Notes under the pieces: model-generated
What the model was told of the DNA's origin: nothing
Seen by the model: the letters and a program-made list of their open reading frames with translations, nothing else
The model's database searches: none
Translations under genes and position numbers: made by a program
Source: Armatimonadota bacterium
GTDB lineage: Bacteria; Armatimonadota; HRBIN16
Direction: 5' to 3'
NCBI GenBank assembly: GCA_963677485.1
Contig: OY781964.1
Span: forward strand, 2,560,001-2,624,000
Length of the DNA: 64,000 nucleotides
Shown here: in pieces, positions 16,765 to 27,053 of the stretch
Layout: every line of letters begins with the position of its first letter
Numbering within the stretch: the stretch's first letter is position 1

Positions 16765-18036
16765 TCATGCATCGTCAAACAGCCGGAACGGCCGCTTGAA
16801 TCCGTCTTTTGTCTTTTCCAGTTTGTCGGCATCGACCAGACGCTTGATCCAGTCTTTCGCGTGGGCTTTTGGGATGCTCAGCCGTTCCGCAACGGCCACT
16901 TCGGTGATTAGCCCTGGCATCGCGAGTATCAACTCAGATACCAGCTTGAATAACTGTATGGCCGCACTATCATCTTCTGAAGTCACCGAAGTTGTAATAG
17001 TTGGTGCTTGCTGGTACGGCGTCGCAGGCTCCCGTAATACAGCCAAGTCACCTACCGGCAGCTCAGGTTGAACAACCTCAGGTTTCGCAGGATTTTTGAG
17101 TGCTTCTGTCAGCGCATCAGAGTCGTTGGGGTTGGGCCAATCCACCGCCCCCTTGGCCTTGAGCGCCTGAAGGGCCCCGCCAGCATCGCTGGCAGCCCTG
17201 ACATATACGGTGATGCCCGTCCCTTTTTTATTTTTGGTAAGCTGCTCCACCGCCCCAGCCCAGGTACCGCCCTTTTCCAGGTCGCAGTTTACCACCAGCG
17301 CGGCGTCTGCTAGTGCATATACCAATTTGTTGCGTTGCATGGCATTGCCAGCATTAAATCCGGCCTTTGGGTCATATGGTGACATGAGCAGCAGTTGCCC
17401 ATCCATGATCGCCTGCCGGTGGCTGGTGTTCAACACAGACCGCTCCATACTGTCCGCGAGCACCCCGACCACCATTCCACCCCGCTCCAACCCGCCGCGC
17501 ATCGCCGACTGGTCAACCCCCCTGGCACCGCCAGAGACCACAGTACACCCCGAACGGGCGGCCAGGCGGCCGATCTCTTCAGTCCATTCCAATATCTCAT
17601 CATCGACGTGGCGTGAGCCCACAATCGCCAGTCCGCCGGTTTCACACAACGCGATGTCTCCGCAGCCGTATATGACCGGCGGAGCATTATGGTTCAACCT
17701 GTTGATGTAACGGCTTGGATAACCCTCATCGCCTTCAGAGACCACCCGGATGTTCAGTGCCCCCCAGCGTTCCAGAACCTGGGTCAGAAGGAAACCGCGT
17801 CCTAGTAACTGGTGAACTCGGCTTACATCGATGTCTTGCTGACATCCCAGCTCCACCAGATCATACACGCCGGGCTCGAGAAGTGCTTGCAGTTGGTATC
17901 CCCGTTCGGTCAGACGGCCGCCGAATCGGCGATATTCGCCCGGTGACAGCAGTTTTGCCTCGGGATCGGTGCGGCTAAGTATCAGTGGAGCGGTTAACAG
18001 CAGGGCTGCCTTGGTGTTTTGTGTCGGTGACATCAT
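16765..18036 (-). CDS. DprA/Smf-family protein with C-terminal HTH (RqlI-like)
   Basis: [30 protein letters not shown] and GGTWAGA motifs. Start overlaps the stop of the helicase PRTase portion. Confidence 0.9.
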   Translation of the reverse strand: MMSPTQNTKAALLLTAPLILSRTDPEAKLLSPGEYRRFGGRLTERGYQLQALLEPGVYDLVELGCQQDIDVSRVHQLLGRGFLLTQVLERWGALNIRVVSEGDEGYPSRYINRLNHNAPPVIYGCGDIALCETGGLAIVGSRHVDDEILEWTEEIGRLAARSGCTVVSGGARGVDQSAMRGGLERGGMVVGVLADSMERSVLNTSHRQAIMDGQLLLMSPYDPKAGFNAGNAMQRNKLVYALADAALVVNCDLEKGGTWAGAVEQLTKNKKGTGITVYVRAASDAGGALQALKAKGAVDWPNPNDSDALTEALKNPAKPEVVQPELPVGDLAVLREPATPYQQAPTITTSVTSEDDSAAIQLFKLVSELILAMPGLITEVAVAERLSIPKAHAKDWIKRLVDADKLEKTKDGFKRPFRLFDDA

Positions 18037-20129
18037 CAATCCCCATGTCCGGTTTTTGCGAGCGCGAATGGAAAAACTTCGCCGCTGCCGTGTGTTCTTA
18101 GAAGCCAGCTAGCCACAGTGAATGTCCATTGGGAATCCACCATATCGTCCACTAGAAGCACGGCACCGCGTGGCAACTTTTCCGAGAGCACAGCCAGCGA
18201 ACCATCCACATTTCGCGCTTGCTGAATGCTGTTGGCCAAAAACTTCCGCTCTGGTCTCTGTTCTGTCCTATGTAACACTTCATGATACGGCTAGTTGAGA
18301 GCGGCTGCCAGACGCCTGGCAAAGTCCGGCACCAGCACAGGATGACGCAGCGACGGGATGCTGGTGACCCATGCAAGAGCTGGCTGCATAGCCCATTCGC
18401 GAACAGAAGCCGCACTGGCCGCGACCAATTCCTCACCGAAATGCCCCAGCGAATACTTCCCCAACCGCACTGCCTCACCCCAGCCCGCATCACCCCAGTA
18501 ACAGAGGGCTCGACCGGTTTGGGCATGTTGATTGGGCGGGATATTTCCCTTCATGCCATACTGAGGCATTCCCCAATTGGGCCACTTCTTGCGCGGTGTG
18601 ATGGGAAGACTCGTGCGCCGCAGGAAAGCTGCAGCCTGGAGCTGCAGCTGTGCATCGACAGAGACCGGTAGCGGCGCGATATCTGGCTGTGTCAGCCCGC
18701 AGATGTCACCATCCAATGCATTGATTAAAAAGGCCATGTGTTCATCTTTGAAATCGACATACTGCTGCATCTGCTGTTGTTCATCACGTCGGAGGGATGT
18801 CAGCCTTTCCGCCCGTTCCCAGAAGCTGTGGTGCAGGTTCGTGGTGGTGAGCTGCCATCGGGTGCCTGTTTTAGCGATCGGGGCGGGTGATTCCAGCGAA
18901 AGCAGATCAACCGTCTTGGATATGCGTCCCATACTGATGTTTAGTCTGGCGCACATCTCCGGCACTGATAATCCGTCAGGCTCACGCCCCAATGCCTCGA
19001 TGATCAGCCTGACTTCGTTCTGAGAAGGGAATGCGGATTCGATGAAGAAGTCGTTGATCTCCTGCTCCTCCTCTCCGCTCAGCAGAACCCCGTATGCAGA
19101 GTCAAGCGCGCGGCCCGCGCGACCAACTTGCTGGTAATAGGTCACTACCGAGCCAGGCGTCTGGTAGTGAATCACGAACGACAGATCAGGCTTATCAAAA
19201 CCCATTCCCAGCGCAGGCGTAGCCACCAGCGCATCCAGCTCATTATCAAGCAAGGCTTGCTCCAAGCGCTCGCGCCGTGAGGCATCATCATCGGAAGGCT
19301 GATCGCCGCCTGTGTATGCCTCCACATTCAACCCATGCGACTTCAGCCAGTCTGCCACCAGATGGGCGTCGCGCTTGGTGAGCACGTAGATAATGCCGCT
19401 GCCTGACATTCGGGGCACCTGCTGAGCCATCCAAGCCAGACGGTCAACCTGAGAAGGCATGCGAATCGTCTGCAGGAACAGCGATGGACGGCTTAAGTCA
19501 CCCCGCATCACACGCAGCTCTGGGCCCAGCACAGCCTGGAGGTCAGCCATCACACGGTTGTTGGCGGTGGCGGTGGTGGCTAGCAGGCGCATATTGCGCG
19601 GCAGCGATCTCATGATCCTCTCAATCGACCGGTATTTTGGACGGAAGTCGTGCCCCCAGTCCGAGATGCAGTGAGCTTCGTCTATCACCAGCAGCGAGAT
19701 GCTCTGGGCGATATGTGCCATCACCATAGAAACAAATTCCGTGTTGGTCAGACGTTCGGGCGAAATGAGCAGGATATCGACCTCGTTGCGATGTATGGAT
19801 TCGATCACTGAAGCCCAATCGTCCGTATTGTTGGAGTTGATGGTGGCGGCGTTGATGCCCATGCGTTTCGCGGCTGCGATCTGGTTGCGCATCAACGCCA
19901 GCAGGGGGGAGATCAGCAGGGCGGGGCCGCTGCCGCTGTCACGAAGAATCCGCGTGGCGATGAAATAGACAAAGCTCTTGCCCCAGCCTGTCTTCTGCAC
20001 AACCAGCCGCCGCCCTTTGTTCTCCACAATGTGTCCAATCGCTTCAGATTGGTGTTCACGGAACTCAGCCCTGGTGTCACCTACACCCAGCCGCAACAAC
20101 TCATGCGCATATAACGGATTGTAATCCAC
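18036..20129 (-). pseudogene. RecQ-like helicase with C-terminal PRTase domain (RqlH-like), split by an in-frame TAG at 18293-18291
   Basis: QKTGWGKS, DEAHCISDWGHDFRP, YYQQVGRAGR. After the TAG the same frame continues PYHEVLHR...VLLVDDMVDSQWT. GTG start at 20129 after GAGGAGG. Confidence 0.85.
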
Positions 20130-20304
20130 GTTACCTCCTCGATACATACACCTGCGATGGCACGTCATCCTATTCTGGTGACGTGTTAACTAGTCACTTC
20201 AGTTTGGCTAAAAGTATAGGTGACTGTAACTACTCAGCCATCAGATGAGTCTGCCGTGTGTCTGTTCAGGATGGGCGCAACCCATCACGCACCAGACCTT
20301 CCGT

Positions 20305-20460
20305 GCACCCACGAAGTGGGTAGGATTCTTATAGCCAGGGGTGAGCGAAGCGATACCCCTGGAAAGTGGCGCATCATACTTACCCCGAAGTGGGTCGCAC
20401 CTATTCGCGGTAGCCGTTCTATCAAGTCACCGAAGACGACCCACTTCGGGGGTGCCGGAA
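20305..20460. repeat. REP-like repeat cluster (same family as 7985 and 47607)
   Basis: CCCACGAAGTGGG..ATAGCCAGGGGTGAGCGAAGCGATACCCCTGG plus an inverted CCCCGAAGTGGGTCG pair. Confidence 0.8.
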
Positions 20461-20547
20461 GCTGCAGCATCATAAGCGACCATGGACTGATGCACGATCA
20501 TCGCCAATGGCTGAGTAGTTACAGGTGACTTCGGATTTTGCCTGAAC

Positions 20548-20952
20548 CTACCCAGACTGCAGCGCGGTCAGGGCGGCCTGAAGGCGTGCCTTCACCTCGC
20601 CAGGCAGTGCAGCGAGTGCTTTGGCGGTCGCCGCATCCACCACACTGAACATCACCTCGGGGTCCAGAATACTCACCTCAACATCGCCTTGCCCCTCCCG
20701 CAACACCACATTACATGGCAGCAGCAGACCGATATTGGGGTCGGCGGAGAGTGCCTGGTGGGCGAACTTGGGATTGCAGGCACCGAGGATAAGGTATGGC
20801 TCGATTTCCACGCCGATTTTCTCGCGCATGGTCGCTTGAACATCGATAGTCGTGAGAACCCCGAATCCTTGCGCCTTGAGCGCATCCAGCACGCGCGGCC
20901 GGATGGATTCGACGGTACCAGGTAGCGTGATACTCATAGCATATTGGGTCAT
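20548..20952 (-). CDS. DUF302-family protein
   Basis: GFGVLTTIDVQATM, YLILGACNP and IGLLLPCNVV motifs. Confidence 0.9.
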   Translation of the reverse strand: MTQYAMSITLPGTVESIRPRVLDALKAQGFGVLTTIDVQATMREKIGVEIEPYLILGACNPKFAHQALSADPNIGLLLPCNVVLREGQGDVEVSILDPEVMFSVVDAATAKALAALPGEVKARLQAALTALQSG

Positions 20953-21095
20953 TTTGGTATCTCCTTTGTGCTAAGTGTACCTTGTGGCTGGTGACTATAG
21001 TTGGCGGGAGCGGAACTCTGCTGAAAGCAAATGGTCGTTCTATGGGCAACCTGCACGATCGGTCGGATTAGTCCAATCCGTCGGATTCTAGCCAC

Positions 21096-21731
21096 TCACT
21101 CCTCCTGGTCGTCCAGCAGATCGCCTAGCGGCAGGGTGCTGGTGGAGAGCTTCTCCCGCCAGTAGCTCCGTAACTGCTCCATCTCGGGGTTATCGCCATA
21201 CGCCAGGTCGAGTATCAGCATCACCACATCGGGCCAGCGGCCATCGATCACATTGATCGCCACGGGCCGGTTGGGACGTTCATTGAGCTCGTTGTGGAAG
21301 GCGTGGATCAGCCGGTCGATCAGCATCAGCTTCTGACGGCTGCTCTGAGCACCTTCAAACTGCTCCACAAACGCGGTCACCGCGGTTAAGGCGTTGGTCG
21401 CCACCAACTGCTTATCCTTGTAGCTGCGGTAGTATTGCTCCCAACTCGTCTCCCATCCGCATGAGGGACACCTGATGATCTCCTCACCTCGCTGCTTACC
21501 CATGCGTTTATCGGTGCGGATGATGAGCTGTTCGCACTGTGGACAAGTCACACGCCCCTCTATCGCTGCGGTGACGGTGAGCAGACTCCGGCAACGCAAG
21601 AAAAGGGCGATGAACAGATCGTCCAGCAACTGCTCATCAAGCTGATCCCGTGCCTCGGATTCGTAGAGCTTCCGAATCTTATCAGGACTCACCTTAGGGG
21701 CCCACTTGATGCGGGGCGATTGCGCTGTCAT
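21096..21731 (-). CDS. Hypothetical protein with a CxxC..CxxC zinc ribbon
   Basis: CPQC and CPSC; GGAGAG RBS before ATG 21731. Confidence 0.7.
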   Translation of the reverse strand: MTAQSPRIKWAPKVSPDKIRKLYESEARDQLDEQLLDDLFIALFLRCRSLLTVTAAIEGRVTCPQCEQLIIRTDKRMGKQRGEEIIRCPSCGWETSWEQYYRSYKDKQLVATNALTAVTAFVEQFEGAQSSRQKLMLIDRLIHAFHNELNERPNRPVAINVIDGRWPDVVMLILDLAYGDNPEMEQLRSYWREKLSTSTLPLGDLLDDQEE

Positions 21732-21917
21732 TGACCACTCTCCTGTGATGTCAATGTACCTGTTCATATTTCGATATACAAGACAACGGGGGCGGGTGGG
21801 GGTCGAACCAATCCTGCCTTGACATCGCACGCTAAACGGGTTATAACAATCCAAAGCGGCATGGAATGCATAGGCGAATCGCCATGCGCGGCAGCACCAA
21901 CAACAAGAAGGTATACA

Positions 21918-24569
21918 ATGAGACTTTTCCTGATCTGTGCGCTGCTGTTCGCATCAGCGAATGGTGCGTTTGCCGCCAATCTCCCCACCCCATCCAATCC
22001 AAAGGACAAGGCCATGGAACGCAAGATCGAAGCATTGTTGAAGAAAATGACCATCGAAGAGAAAGCCGGTCAGGTCAACCAGAGCGGCTTTGGACCGTTC
22101 GAAAAGTATATGACCTCCAAAACCGGCCTTGGCCACCTGGTGCTGCAGTGGGGTGGAGGCACCACCTCTACACAGGCCGCGGCCGAAGTGAACCGGCTGC
22201 AGAAACTCGCAGTGGAGAAAACCCGGCTGAGCATCCCCTTGCTGGTAGGCTGTGATGGAATCCTGGACGCCCGCGTGGCCGATTCCGTCACCTTCCCGCA
22301 GGAGATAGGGATGGGCTCCACCTGGAACCCCGGCCTGATTCAGAAGGTCTACTCGGTGATATCCAAAGAGCTGCGCGCGGTGGGATACGGACGCACCTAC
22401 ACACCTAACGTGGGACTGGCCCGCGACCCCAGGTTCGGCCGAACCGGTGAGTGCTACAGCGAAGACACTTACCTCACTACCCAGATGGCCATCGCCGCGG
22501 TGCAAGGCTTGAAGGACGAGTCGCTGAAGACCGGCATCATGGCCACCCCAAAGCATTACGCGGCCTACGACGCCACAGACGGCGGGAAAGACTCATCGGC
22601 GATTGATATCTCCGACCGGCGGTTGCGTGAGGTGTGGCTGCCTCCCTTCCGTGCCGCGGTGGATGCCGGTGCTGGTTCGATCATGTGCGCCTACCACGCC
22701 GTGAACGGGGTGCCGGTCGCGGCCAACCACTATCTGCTCACGGACATCCTGAGGAATGAGTGGGGGTTCGACGGGTTTGTCGTCACCGACTTCGTGTGCA
22801 TCGAAAGCCTGCACAACTCCCAGCATGTGGCTGAGAGCTTCGATGATGCGATCAAGCTGGCCTTCGAAGCGGGCGTGGATGTGCATGACCACGACATGGG
22901 TGATGACTTCGCCACCCGGATGGCGGCCCTGGTTCACAAAGGCACCATTTCGGAGAAGGTGCTGGATGAGGCTGTCCGCCGCACTCTCCGCGCCAAATTT
23001 AAACTGGGGCTCTTCGACAACCCGTATGTGGATGTGGAGAAGGCCTCGCAGACTGTCGGCACGAAAGAGCATCAGCAGCTCTCTCTTCAGACGGCGCGCG
23101 AATCGATCGTGTTGTTGAAGAACGACAAAGAGGCCCTCCCGCTGAAGAAGGATGTGGCTTCCATTGCGGTGATCGGGCCCAACGCGGACAGCCTCAAGAA
23201 CCAATGCGGGGTATGGGTGCGTGACCCGCAGGGCTACACCTCGCGGATGGTCACCATACTGCAGGGCATCAAGAGTGCGGTCTCACCTGGCACTGTGGTC
23301 AACTACGCCAAAGGCTGCGAGGTGATGGCCGGATCGCTCTCGATGACCGATATCCCGATCCTCACTGCTGGCTCGCAGGCTGGCTGGCAGGCGGAGTATT
23401 TCAACAACAAGGAGCTGGAAGGCACGCCAGTGCTCACCCGCATTGATGCGAAAGTGGACTTCGACTGGGGCAACGGCTCTCCGGCTCCCGAGGTGAATGT
23501 GGATAACTTCTCCGCCAGATGGACGGGCCGCTACACCGCTTCCTGCAGCGGTAAGCACCGGTTTAACCTAGATGTAGATGATGGCGTACGCCTTTACGTC
23601 GATGACAAGCTGGTGATGAACGCCTGGCCAGACCATGTGGGTGTCACCACCGCCTTGGTTGAGATGCAGCAGGGGCAGCAGTATGAACTCCGCGTGGAAT
23701 ACCATGAAAGTACCGGCGGTGCGAAGTGCAAGCTCACGATGGAGACGCCCATCGCGGGTGAGGCGGGCATCGCCGAGGCGGTAGTTGCGGCGAAGCAGTC
23801 CAGTGTCGCGGTGGTGGTAGTGGGCGACTGCCCGGAACTTAACGCGGAGATTCACGACCGTGCCGACCTGAACCTCACCGGCTATCAGCAGCAACTGGTG
23901 GATGCGGTCTATGCAACCGGCACCCCGACCGTGGTGGTGCTTGTCAATGCCCGGCCGCTGACCATCAACCGCATCGTCGATGGTATCCCCGCCATCGTAG
24001 AGGCATGGAATCCGGGCGAGCAAGGCGGAACGGCCGTGGCGGAGGTGCTGTTTGGCGACTACAACCCTGGCGGTAAGCTGCCGATCAGCTTCCCGTATTC
24101 GGTGGGACAACTGCCTGTCAACTACAACCAGGAGCCTGGCTGGCACCAATCGGGCGACTACTGCGACGGCACGCCCTCCGCGCTGCTATACAACTTCGGC
24201 TTCGGGCTCAGCTACACCAGCTTCAAATACAGCAATCTGCGGCTTTCCAAACCAGAGATGGGCCGCGACGGCCAGGTGGAAGTAAGTGTAGACGTGCAGA
24301 ACACCGGACAGCGGGCGGGCGATGATGTGGTGCAGATGTATATCCACGACCCCGTAGCCAGCGTGGTCCGACCCGTCAAGGAGCTGAAGGGGTTCAAGCG
24401 CGTGCATCTGCAACCCGGTGAGCGTCAGAGGGTTATCATCGTGTTGAAGGCCGACCAGCTTGCCTTCTTCAACAACGCGATGAAGTGGGTGGTGGAGCCT
24501 GGCGAGATTGATATCATGGTGGGCGGCAACTCCGTGGAGCTGCAAAGCGTGAAGCTCACGGTGAAGTAA
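21918..24569 (+). CDS. GH3 beta-glucosidase/xylosidase with PA14 insertion and Fn3-like C-terminus
   Basis: RDPRFGRTGE, KHY, GFVVTD nucleophile motif, SIVLLKN, PA14 (FSARWTG, DDGVRLYVD) and RPVKELKGF. Signal peptide. Confidence 0.95.
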   Translation: MRLFLICALLFASANGAFAANLPTPSNPKDKAMERKIEALLKKMTIEEKAGQVNQSGFGPFEKYMTSKTGLGHLVLQWGGGTTSTQAAAEVNRLQKLAVEKTRLSIPLLVGCDGILDARVADSVTFPQEIGMGSTWNPGLIQKVYSVISKELRAVGYGRTYTPNVGLARDPRFGRTGECYSEDTYLTTQMAIAAVQGLKDESLKTGIMATPKHYAAYDATDGGKDSSAIDISDRRLREVWLPPFRAAVDAGAGSIMCAYHAVNGVPVAANHYLLTDILRNEWGFDGFVVTDFVCIESLHNSQHVAESFDDAIKLAFEAGVDVHDHDMGDDFATRMAALVHKGTISEKVLDEAVRRTLRAKFKLGLFDNPYVDVEKASQTVGTKEHQQLSLQTARESIVLLKNDKEALPLKKDVASIAVIGPNADSLKNQCGVWVRDPQGYTSRMVTILQGIKSAVSPGTVVNYAKGCEVMAGSLSMTDIPILTAGSQAGWQAEYFNNKELEGTPVLTRIDAKVDFDWGNGSPAPEVNVDNFSARWTGRYTASCSGKHRFNLDVDDGVRLYVDDKLVMNAWPDHVGVTTALVEMQQGQQYELRVEYHESTGGAKCKLTMETPIAGEAGIAEAVVAAKQSSVAVVVVGDCPELNAEIHDRADLNLTGYQQQLVDAVYATGTPTVVVLVNARPLTINRIVDGIPAIVEAWNPGEQGGTAVAEVLFGDYNPGGKLPISFPYSVGQLPVNYNQEPGWHQSGDYCDGTPSALLYNFGFGLSYTSFKYSNLRLSKPEMGRDGQVEVSVDVQNTGQRAGDDVVQMYIHDPVASVVRPVKELKGFKRVHLQPGERQRVIIVLKADQLAFFNNAMKWVVEPGEIDIMVGGNSVELQSVKLTVK

Positions 24570-24602
24570 GGCATAGAGCCGATTGGCCGGAAGGGAATGA
24601 TA

Positions 24603-24854
24603 ATCCACAGATTACGCAGATTACACGGATTCGGTCATGGCCGGTGCGGTTTTCCCTTCTGCGCCGGCAAGTAGGTCGGATGGATACAAACGCAATGACG
24701 CAAGGAAGCAAAGGCGCAAAGGGGAGGGTATATAACGGCGCGGTCATGAGCCATCTCCCCATCCGTGTCATCCGATAAATCCGCGCAATCCGTGGTTCAG
24801 ACAAAGGTCCGCGCGGTCATGACCTCATCTGTGTCATCTGCGTAATCTGTGGAT
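24603..24854. repeat. Bracketed repeat cluster between convergent genes
   Basis: ATCCACAGATTACGCAGAT arm and its reverse copy enclose AACGCAA.. and reverse TCTGAACCACGG arms. GCGCGGTCATGA occurs at 24738 and 24811. Confidence 0.85.
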
Positions 24855-24867
24855 TATGATTCCTGTG

Positions 24868-25959
24868 CTATTTCTTGCTATCCAGCACCTGCGACTTGAG
24901 TGCCTGAACCAGCTTTTGGGCCAATCCGGTGCTGCCCTCGGCGGTGGGGTGGACGGGGCCATCATACCAGCCGGTGGTGTCGATGTAGTACACACGGCGG
25001 TCACCGGCTGCATGGCAGTCGTCAACCACCGCTTTGATACTCGCCTCCTGCGAACCGATAAACGGGCGCAGAGCTACGATCTTTGTCTTGGGATAGGCTT
25101 TGCGGATCATGCCGATGTAGCGGGCATACAGTGGCTTATACTCTTCAGTCGTCATGCCGCTATCATTGGTGCCCTGGTTGACCACCACCACATCCGGCTG
25201 CCACTTATCACGAGGGCATCCCGCGTAGAACCAGTTGAAGGAATCCAGCGCCCCCACCGCTCCACCGCTTCCACCGTGTTGCAGGCCCGTGGCGCCGAAC
25301 CCGACCTGGCGCCAGGCGGCACCTAGAGCCATCGCGGTCTGCCCGGCATAGGAATTCCGAGCGTCGGTCAGCCAGCTCCAGGCACGCGGCATCCCTGCAA
25401 CCACACCGGCACGGCCTTCTTGAACAAGCACCCCCTCGGTGATGCTGTCGCCAAAGAACTCCATGCTCAAAGCGGGCTTCTTCCACTCGGGGAGCGCGCT
25501 CTCCAGCTTGCCACCGCGGCCGAATGTCAGTCCGGTGAAGGTCACACTCGCCACCAGCGGAGGTGTCCATCGGCTCTGATGTTCATCTAGACCGCGCACC
25601 ATCAGCATCAGACGGTGTTTGCCAGTGCTAAGACCCTCAGCCAGCTTGACTGAAGGGCCGATTTCCGCCTCTCTCCAGTTGCCGCCGTCGATCTGCCAGG
25701 CGATGGTGGGCAGTGCGCCTTTTTCGGTGCAAATACACTGCGCGGTGTTGGTCGAGATATCAAATGTGGCATTCAAACTTGTGCCAGTGAAGCGGGCCAG
25801 CAGGTAGCTTCCTGTGTTCACCGTGACCGCACGCTGTGGGGTGCGCAAATCCCACCGGCCGAAAAAGCAATAACTGCCCGGCCATGAGGGAGCCGCCTGT
25901 AACGCAGATGATGCCAGCAGTAAAATCGGGAGTACGATACCGTATGAGAAACGATGCAT
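24868..25959 (-). CDS. Secreted SGNH/GDSL esterase (CE2-like)
   Basis: FFGDSITEG, VNQGTND and DGPVHP motifs; N-terminal FFGRW beta domain; signal peptide. Confidence 0.88.
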   Translation of the reverse strand: MHRFSYGIVLPILLLASSALQAAPSWPGSYCFFGRWDLRTPQRAVTVNTGSYLLARFTGTSLNATFDISTNTAQCICTEKGALPTIAWQIDGGNWREAEIGPSVKLAEGLSTGKHRLMLMVRGLDEHQSRWTPPLVASVTFTGLTFGRGGKLESALPEWKKPALSMEFFGDSITEGVLVQEGRAGVVAGMPRAWSWLTDARNSYAGQTAMALGAAWRQVGFGATGLQHGGSGGAVGALDSFNWFYAGCPRDKWQPDVVVVNQGTNDSGMTTEEYKPLYARYIGMIRKAYPKTKIVALRPFIGSQEASIKAVVDDCHAAGDRRVYYIDTTGWYDGPVHPTAEGSTGLAQKLVQALKSQVLDSKK

Positions 25960-26114
25960 TGATCTCTCCTTAACGCCTGTCGTGTGTTGACTATCTTGCA
26001 GTATATCGCGGTTATAAAGATCATGGCAGGGGAGACGCATAAAGCGCAAGCACGCAAAGGGGCAAAGTCGCACTGGTGATCTGGCGTCTACCTAACAGGC
26101 TACAATCGCGGCCG

Positions 26115-26912
26115 TTATGAAATAACTGTGTTGGTGTTGGTATTCCAGTTCAGTTGATGAACTGGGTGGATACCGCTGTCGTGACTGGCCATCAGCTTCG
26201 GCCGCTCATTAACCATTGTGGGGCTTGTGGTGCGTTTCTTGAAGAATGATAGAAAGTGAGCCTGGTATTGCTCCAGCTTGGGCTGTTCATACCACTCGCC
26301 CTCGTTGAACATCTCGTAGATGACATGCTCGTATTTTGCGGTGGCCTCAATCAAGCGATGGCAGAACCGCTCTTGGTAGAACTGGTTCTTCTGCTGCCAT
26401 GTCCACACGGGGTTATACTGCGACGGCATTTCGTTCTGGTAGTCATGCAGCTCAATATACTGGTCTCTGCGATTCAGCGGACCACCGAGAGCACAGTTAA
26501 ACGGGTGACCCGAGAACAGCGTTGTGCTCCAACCGTCATGCACTCTCAGTATCACCACAATGCCCTTCGTCTTCGCGGTGTGTATGAAGTCACGTAGACG
26601 GAGGAAGTATTGGTCATTGATGGTCGACAGGTCAAACAGGTTGCCGGTTTTAGCCCAGGGCCACAGTTCAGAAGCACTGTAACCCACGCGTGCATCAATA
26701 ACCTGATTTCCTAGCCCGATGTACGACCATAACACCACAGCATTACATCCGTGTTTAGCCAACATCGAGAGGTAGGCTTTCCATTCGAAGTTGGTTCCCA
26801 GACCTCGCCCGCCGTGTGTCACCGAATCACCCACCAGAAGAGTGCGCTTGCCGTTCAGTGTGGCAAAGCGGTCGTCTAGAGTCAGCATTTGTATGGATTC
26901 GTGTTTCAGCAT
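26115..26912 (-). CDS. GH5/DUF4038-like barrel protein, possibly C-terminally truncated
   Basis: FDLSTINDQYFLRLR and VIYEMFNEG (NE acid/base-like motif); short for a full barrel. Confidence 0.55.
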   Translation of the reverse strand: MLKHESIQMLTLDDRFATLNGKRTLLVGDSVTHGGRGLGTNFEWKAYLSMLAKHGCNAVVLWSYIGLGNQVIDARVGYSASELWPWAKTGNLFDLSTINDQYFLRLRDFIHTAKTKGIVVILRVHDGWSTTLFSGHPFNCALGGPLNRRDQYIELHDYQNEMPSQYNPVWTWQQKNQFYQERFCHRLIEATAKYEHVIYEMFNEGEWYEQPKLEQYQAHFLSFFKKRTTSPTMVNERPKLMASHDSGIHPVHQLNWNTNTNTVIS

Positions 26913-26992
26913 TTCTGCACCCGATCACCCGATGTAGTCGCTCGTAAGGGTTATAAGGGTATAGACGATGTGGAGAGCCAATGGTTTATCAC

Positions 26993-27028
26993 AAACAAAA
27001 GCGCCTGCGGGTAATATCCCGCAAGCGC
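26993..27028 (-). terminator. Intrinsic terminator
   Basis: GCGCTTGCGGGA-loop-CCCGCAGGCGC followed by TTTTGTTT on the minus strand. Confidence 0.75.
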
Positions 27029-27053
27029 CTCATGTCTGAATTCGGGGTAGAGG

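Noticed and set aside
18291-18293. Pyrrolysine or recoded TAG in the RqlH-like gene
   Set aside because: TAG ends many ordinary genes in this window and no pyl genes are seen; a point mutation is simpler.
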